Of a stretch of 64,000 bases of DNA, positions 59,097 through 64,000 are shown in pieces (the first letter of the stretch is position 1; each line of letters opens with the position of its first letter). The notes under the pieces are model-generated. The model made no database searches and had not been told where the DNA came from. It saw only the letters and a program-made list of their open reading frames with translations. The position numbers and the translations under genes are program-made. The stretch comes from Abditibacterium sp. Its GTDB lineage: Bacteria > Armatimonadota > Abditibacteriia > Abditibacteriales > Abditibacteriaceae. The stretch spans positions 3,296,001 through 3,360,000 of the forward strand of contig OZ251992.1 in assembly GCA_965246885.1 (NCBI GenBank), written 5' to 3'.

Positions 59097-62000
59097 ATGT
59101 TCGACAAAGTTCTCATTGCCAATCGCGGCGTCATCGCTTGCCGCATTATCCGCACCCTGCACTCGATGGGCGTGCGCGCCGTCGCGGTTTATTCCGACGC
59201 CGACCGCGACGCGCGCCACGTTGGGATGGCGGACGAGGCCGTTCGCATTGGCGAGGCGCCCGCGAGCGCCTCCTATTTGCGCGGCGACGCCATTCTCGAA
59301 GCCGCGCGGCAAACCGGCGCCGGGGCCATTCATCCCGGCTACGGCTTTTTGTCCGAGAACGCCGATTTCGCCCAGAGTTGCGAGGACGCGGGCATCGCCT
59401 TCATCGGGCCAACCGCCGAGCAGATGCGCTTGTTTGGCCCCAAGCACTCGGCGCGCGCCATCGCTTTGCGCGAGGGCGTGCCGCTTCTGCCGGGTTCGGG
59501 GTTGCTCGATTCCGTCGAGGAGGCGGCGCGCGAAGCGGAGCGCATCGGCTTTCCCGTCATGCTCAAAAGCACGGCGGGCGGCGGCGGCATCGGCATGAGA
59601 TTGGTCGAAAACGAGGCGGAACTGCTCGCGGCGTTCGAGGCTGTCGGGCGCCTCGCGCAGTCCAACTTCAAGGACGGCGGCTTGTATGTCGAACGCTTCG
59701 TGCGCCGCGCGCGGCATATCGAAGTGCAACTGTTTGGAGATGGGCGCGGCGGCGTTATTCATTTGGGCGAGCGCGACTGCTCCGTCCAGCGCCGCAACCA
59801 GAAGGTCATTGAGGAAACGCCCGCGCCGCATTTGACGGATTCGCAGCGCGCGGAACTCTTCGAGGCCGCCCTCAAATTGGGCCGTGCCGTCAATTACCGC
59901 AGCGCCGGAACGGTCGAGTTCGTTTTCGACGAGGAGCGCGGCGAGTTCTACTTCCTCGAAGTCAACACGCGCTTGCAGGTCGAGCATGGCGTGACGGAGC
60001 AGGTCGCGGGCGTGGATTTGGTCGAGTGGATGGTGCGTTTGGCGGCGGGCGAATTGCCGCCGCTCGAAACGCCGGTCTTGCGCGGGCACTCGATTCAAGT
60101 CCGCGTTTACGCCGAAGACCCCGGCAAAGAGTTTCAGCCGTGTGCCGGGTTGCTCACCCGCGCCGACTTCCCCGGCGAAGAGACCGCGCGCGTCGAAACG
60201 TGGGTGCGCGCGGGCGTGGAAGTCCCGCCGTTCTACGACCCGATGCTTGCCAAAATCATCGTCACGGCGCCCGACCGCGCGGGGGCCGTCGCGCGGTTGC
60301 AAAGCGCCTTGGACGCGACCCATCTCGCGGGCATCGAAACCAATATCGAATATCTGCGCCAGATTGCGCGCGACGTTACCTTCATCCAAGGCCGCCAAAC
60401 GACGGCGTATCTGGCGGGGCTGCCTTATCGCTCGCGCGGCGTGGACGTTGTGGACGCGGGCATCCAAACCCTTGTGCAAGACTTTCCCGGTCGCATGGGT
60501 TTGTGGGATGTCGGCGTACCGCCGTCCGGCCCGATGGACTCGCTGGGGCACCGTTTGGCGAACCGTTTAGTCGGCAACGACGCGGGCGCCGCGACGCTGG
60601 AATGTACCGTTTCCGGCCCGACGCTGCGCTTTCGGGGCGCGACGACGATTGCTCTCGGAGGCGCGGATATGGGCGCGACTGTGGACGGAATCGCTCTCAA
60701 ACCCTACGAAGTCCACGCGATTGCGGCGGGGGCGACGCTTAAAATGGGCGCGATTGTCGGCGCGGGCGTGCGCGCTTACGTCGCGGTGTGCGGCGGCTTC
60801 GACGTGCCGGAGTATCTCGGCAGCCGCGCGACGTTCACGCTCGGCAATTTCGGCGGACACGCGGGGCGCACGCTCCGCGTCGGCGACGTTCTGCCGTTGG
60901 GGGACTTCCATCAAGAGCCGATGGAAGCCAATCAAGTCTTGATGGAAGGGAATCAAGAGCCGATGGACGGGAATCAGGTCTTGATGGAAGGGAATCAAGA
61001 GCCGATGGAGTTCCATCAAGAGCCGATGGAAAAGAATCAAGCGTTGATGGAAGCCAATCAAGAGCCGATGGAAGCCAATCAAGGCTTGCGGGAGTTCCCT
61101 CAAGACCTGATTCCCGCCCTGACGAACAGTTGGGAGATCGCCGTGCTTTACGGCCCGCACGCGGCGCCGGACTTTTTCACGCCCGAAGACATCGCCGAGT
61201 TCTTCGCGGCTTCGTGGGAAGTCCATTACAATTCCAGTCGGACGGGCGTGCGCTTGATTGGCCCCAAACCCAAATGGGCGCGGCCCGATGGCGGCGAAGC
61301 GGGGTTGCATCCGTCGAACATTCACGACAACGCTTACGCGATTGGGGCGGTTGATTTCACGGGCGATACCGCGATTATTCTTGGCCCCGACGGGCCGAGT
61401 TTGGGCGGCTTCGTGTGTCCGGTGTGCATCATCGAAGCGGACTTGTGGAAAGTCGGGCAACTGCGCCCCGGCGACACCATTCGCTGGATTCCCGTCGCCT
61501 TCGAGGAGGCCGAGGTGCGCCTGCGCGAGTTGGAGGCCGCCATCGAGTCGCTCGATTTGACCGCGACGCGGCGCCCATTCATCGTGTCTGAGCCGGACGG
61601 CGCGATATTGTTCCGGCGCGAGGCGAGCGAATCGGCCCCGTCCGTCACGCACCGCCAAGCGAGCGACGTTTACATTCTTGTCGAATACGGGCCGGTCGTG
61701 CTTGACCTCAATTTGCGGTTGCGCGCCCACCGACTGATGCTCTGGTTGCGCGAGCAACGGGTGGACGGCTTGCTCGATTTGACGCCGGGAATCCGTTCGC
61801 TCCAACTCTACTTCGACCCAAAGCGCGTGGCGCGCGCGACGTTGCTGGAAGTGCTCCAACGCGCCGAGGACGAGCTTTCAAGCGCGGCGGACGTGGAGAT
61901 TCCCACGCGCATCGTGCATCTGCCGCTCAGTTGGAACGACCCGACGGTGCAGGTCGCCATTGATAAATATCAAGCGTCCGTCCGTCCGAACGCGCCTTGG

Positions 62001-62852
62001 TGCCCCTCCAACGTCGAGTTCATCCGCCGCATCAACGGCTTGGATTCGGTCGAGGACGTGCGGCGCATCGTCTTCGACGCTTCCTATCTGGTTCTCGGCT
62101 TGGGCGACGTTTACCTCGGCGCGCCCGTCGCCACGCCCGTTGACCCGCGCCACCGGCTCGTCACGACCAAATACAACCCCGCCCGCACCTACACCGCGCA
62201 AAACGCCGTCGGCATCGGCGGCGCTTACATGTGCATCTACGGCCTCGAAGGGCCGGGAGGCTACCAACTCGTCGGGCGCACGCTGCCGATTTGGAATACC
62301 TTCGGCGGCGTGCGCGACTTCGACCGCCCGTATCTGCTGCGCTTCTTCGATCAAGTGCGTTATTACCCCGTCTCCGAAGAGGAACTGCTCGCTCTACGCG
62401 CCGATTTCATGGCGGGCCGCTTCGCGCTACGGATCGAGGAGGAAACTTTCCGGCAAGGCGACTACAACCGCTTCTTGGCCGACAACGCCGCGTCCATTGC
62501 CGCCTTCAAAACCCGCCAGCAAGCCGCGTTTGATGCCGAGCGCGAAATGTGGCGCGCGACCGGCCAAGCCGATTATCAGGCCGAATCGGATAACAACGCG
62601 CCGCCACCGTCCGACTTCGAGGTTCCCGCAGGCGCTGTCACCCTCAGCGCGCCAACATCGGGGATGGTGTGGAAAATCCTCTTCGCCGAGGGCGATTCCA
62701 TCCGCGCGGGCGAGGTCGTGCTGATTCTGGAGTCCATGAAAACCGAATTCGCCGTCGTCGCGCCCCATGACGGCACGCTCATTCGTCTGACGTGCGCCGA
62801 GGGCCAAGGCGTCACGGCGGGCGGGGTGTTGGGGGTGCTTGGGGAGGCTTAA
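59097..62852 (+). CDS. uca: urea carboxylase family enzyme, probably guanidine carboxylase
   Basis: Biotin carboxylase ([15 protein letters not shown]), CT domains ([22 protein letters not shown]), biotinyl ESMKTE. Confidence 0.95.
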   Translation: MFDKVLIANRGVIACRIIRTLHSMGVRAVAVYSDADRDARHVGMADEAVRIGEAPASASYLRGDAILEAARQTGAGAIHPGYGFLSENADFAQSCEDAGIAFIGPTAEQMRLFGPKHSARAIALREGVPLLPGSGLLDSVEEAAREAERIGFPVMLKSTAGGGGIGMRLVENEAELLAAFEAVGRLAQSNFKDGGLYVERFVRRARHIEVQLFGDGRGGVIHLGERDCSVQRRNQKVIEETPAPHLTDSQRAELFEAALKLGRAVNYRSAGTVEFVFDEERGEFYFLEVNTRLQVEHGVTEQVAGVDLVEWMVRLAAGELPPLETPVLRGHSIQVRVYAEDPGKEFQPCAGLLTRADFPGEETARVETWVRAGVEVPPFYDPMLAKIIVTAPDRAGAVARLQSALDATHLAGIETNIEYLRQIARDVTFIQGRQTTAYLAGLPYRSRGVDVVDAGIQTLVQDFPGRMGLWDVGVPPSGPMDSLGHRLANRLVGNDAGAATLECTVSGPTLRFRGATTIALGGADMGATVDGIALKPYEVHAIAAGATLKMGAIVGAGVRAYVAVCGGFDVPEYLGSRATFTLGNFGGHAGRTLRVGDVLPLGDFHQEPMEANQVLMEGNQEPMDGNQVLMEGNQEPMEFHQEPMEKNQALMEANQEPMEANQGLREFPQDLIPALTNSWEIAVLYGPHAAPDFFTPEDIAEFFAASWEVHYNSSRTGVRLIGPKPKWARPDGGEAGLHPSNIHDNAYAIGAVDFTGDTAIILGPDGPSLGGFVCPVCIIEADLWKVGQLRPGDTIRWIPVAFEEAEVRLRELEAAIESLDLTATRRPFIVSEPDGAILFRREASESAPSVTHRQASDVYILVEYGPVVLDLNLRLRAHRLMLWLREQRVDGLLDLTPGIRSLQLYFDPKRVARATLLEVLQRAEDELSSAADVEIPTRIVHLPLSWNDPTVQVAIDKYQASVRPNAPWCPSNVEFIRRINGLDSVEDVRRIVFDASYLVLGLGDVYLGAPVATPVDPRHRLVTTKYNPARTYTAQNAVGIGGAYMCIYGLEGPGGYQLVGRTLPIWNTFGGVRDFDRPYLLRFFDQVRYYPVSEEELLALRADFMAGRFALRIEEETFRQGDYNRFLADNAASIAAFKTRQQAAFDAEREMWRATGQADYQAESDNNAPPPSDFEVPAGAVTLSAPTSGMVWKILFAEGDSIRAGEVVLILESMKTEFAVVAPHDGTLIRLTCAEGQGVTAGGVLGVLGEA
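60909..61097 (+). repeat. nine in-frame 21-nt (7-aa) tandem repeats inside the carboxylase
   Basis: AATCAAGAGCCGATGGAAGCC-type units encoding [14 protein letters not shown]. Confidence 0.92.
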
Positions 62853-62867
62853 TCTTCCGCCAACCAT

Positions 62868-62944
62868 CGTAGGGGCAGCCCATGTGGTTGCCCTCGTTAC
62901 GACTGCGGCGTTGTTACAGGGCAACCACATGGGCTGCCCCTACG
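62868..62944. repeat. GTAG-type REP pair (REPIN-like), 27-bp perfect inverted arms
   Basis: CGTAGGGGCAGCCCATGTGGTTGCCCT / AGGGCAACCACATGGGCTGCCCCTACG. Confidence 0.85.
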
Positions 62945-62957
62945 GACTTTACTGAAT

Positions 62958-64000
62958 ATGCAACCACTCACTTTCCAATCCCTCCGCGCCGCCTACGCAA
63001 GCGGCGCCGCGACACCCTCCACACTGTTCCCCGAACTCCTCGCTGCCGCGCGGGAAGCGCCCGATGGTGTGTGGATTTGCCTCGCCGAGCCGGACGAATT
63101 GCTCGCCCAAGCGCGCGCATTGGAGGCCCGCAACCCCGCCGACTTGCCGCTTTACGGCGTCCCGTTCGCCGTCAAAGACAACATAGACGTTGCGGGCTTT
63201 CCGACGACGGCGGGGTGCGCGGCTTTCGCCTACACGCCGGAGCGAAGCGCGTTTGTCGTGCGGCTGCTCGAAGACGCGGGCGCCATTTGCTTGGGCAAGA
63301 CCAACCTCGACCAATTCGCAACGGGCTTGAATGGCACGCGCTCGCCGTTTGGCGTGTGCCACAACGCCATCCAGCCAGAGTACATCGCGGGCGGCAGTTC
63401 GAGCGGCTCGGCGGTCGCGGTCGCGTTGGGGCTGGTTTCGTTCGCTTTGGGAACGGATACGGCGGGTTCGGGGCGGGTTCCGGCGGCGCTGAACGGGTTG
63501 GTCGGCCTCAAGCCGACGCGCGGTGTGTGGAGCATGAGCGGCGTGGTTCCGGCGTGCCGCACGCTCGACACCGTCTCGGTGTTCACGCACAACGCGGCGG
63601 ACGCGGCGAGGGTGTTCGCTACGCTCGCCAAACCCGACGCCGCCGACCCGTTCGGGCGCGGAGTGGAGCAGAACGGGCACGACTTTTCGGCGCTTCCGGC
63701 GTGGAAGTTAGGCGTGCCCGACGCGGGGAGTCTCGAATTCTTCGGCGACGCCGAATATGCCGCGCTGTTCCAAGGGGCGAGGGAAAAGGCGCAGTCGCTG
63801 GGCGCGCAGGTGGTGGAGATCCCCTTCGCGCCGTTTCTCGAAGCCGCGCGGCTGTTGTATGAGGGGCCTTGGGTAGCGGAGCGGTATCGCGCGGTGCGGT
63901 CGCTCGTCGAAACCAATCCCGACGCGCTACTGCCCGTGACGCGGAGCATCATCGAGCGCGGCACCCAATTCTCGGCGCTCGATGTTTACGCGGCGACCGA
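62958..64000 (+). CDS. atzF: allophanate hydrolase (amidase signature), runs off the window end
   Basis: Hand translation from ATG 62958: PLYGVPFAVKDNIDV, GKTNLDQFATGL, GGSSSGS, GTDTAGSGRVPA. Confidence 0.92.
   Translation, partial: MQPLTFQSLRAAYASGAATPSTLFPELLAAAREAPDGVWICLAEPDELLAQARALEARNPADLPLYGVPFAVKDNIDVAGFPTTAGCAAFAYTPERSAFVVRLLEDAGAICLGKTNLDQFATGLNGTRSPFGVCHNAIQPEYIAGGSSSGSAVAVALGLVSFALGTDTAGSGRVPAALNGLVGLKPTRGVWSMSGVVPACRTLDTVSVFTHNAADAARVFATLAKPDAADPFGRGVEQNGHDFSALPAWKLGVPDAGSLEFFGDAEYAALFQGAREKAQSLGAQVVEIPFAPFLEAARLLYEGPWVAERYRAVRSLVETNPDALLPVTRSIIERGTQFSALDVYAAT

Noticed and set aside
58449..60551. 700-aa minus-strand ORF
   Set aside because: Antisense to cgdB and uca; typical high-GC shadow with no motifs.

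Overview
High-GC bacterial chromosomal segment, probably Armatimonadota/Abditibacteriota-like (inferred from the N-methyl prepilin/DUF1559-type protein and gene content). Left half: housekeeping and envelope genes (mtaB, SLH/beta-barrel protein, LptD-like protein, rimO, Flp pilin, tyrS, KaiC-like ATPase, kelch protein, acyl-ACP desaturase, pncA-pncB behind a Rex-like operator, CpaF with a duplicated N-domain, MoxR pair, yqgF-prfA-DUF1385-rpmE). Centre (33.2-46.1 kb, minus strand): a K+/Na+ homeostasis cluster in the order DUF2294 gene, structured terminator-containing leader, small membrane peptide, kdpFABC, CPA1 antiporter, KimA-like permease with altered K+-site residues, sensor kinase, receiver protein without an HTH, soluble KdpD-USP. 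Right: E1/E2 2-oxoacid dehydrogenase pair, DEAH helicase, O-methyltransferase and P450, then a divergent guanidine-utilisation locus. That locus has an ABC transporter behind an unassigned structured RNA on one side and a guanidine-I riboswitch, cgdAB, guanidine carboxylase and atzF on the other. Several REP/MITE-like inverted repeats and 21/42-nt tandem repeat arrays are present, one of them in frame inside the carboxylase. No rRNA, tRNA, CRISPR array or transposase was seen. The best candidates for undescribed biology are the DUF2294/attenuator-controlled Kdp cluster and the non-canonical RNA leader of the guanidine-locus ABC transporter. All calls were made by eye; no database searches were run.
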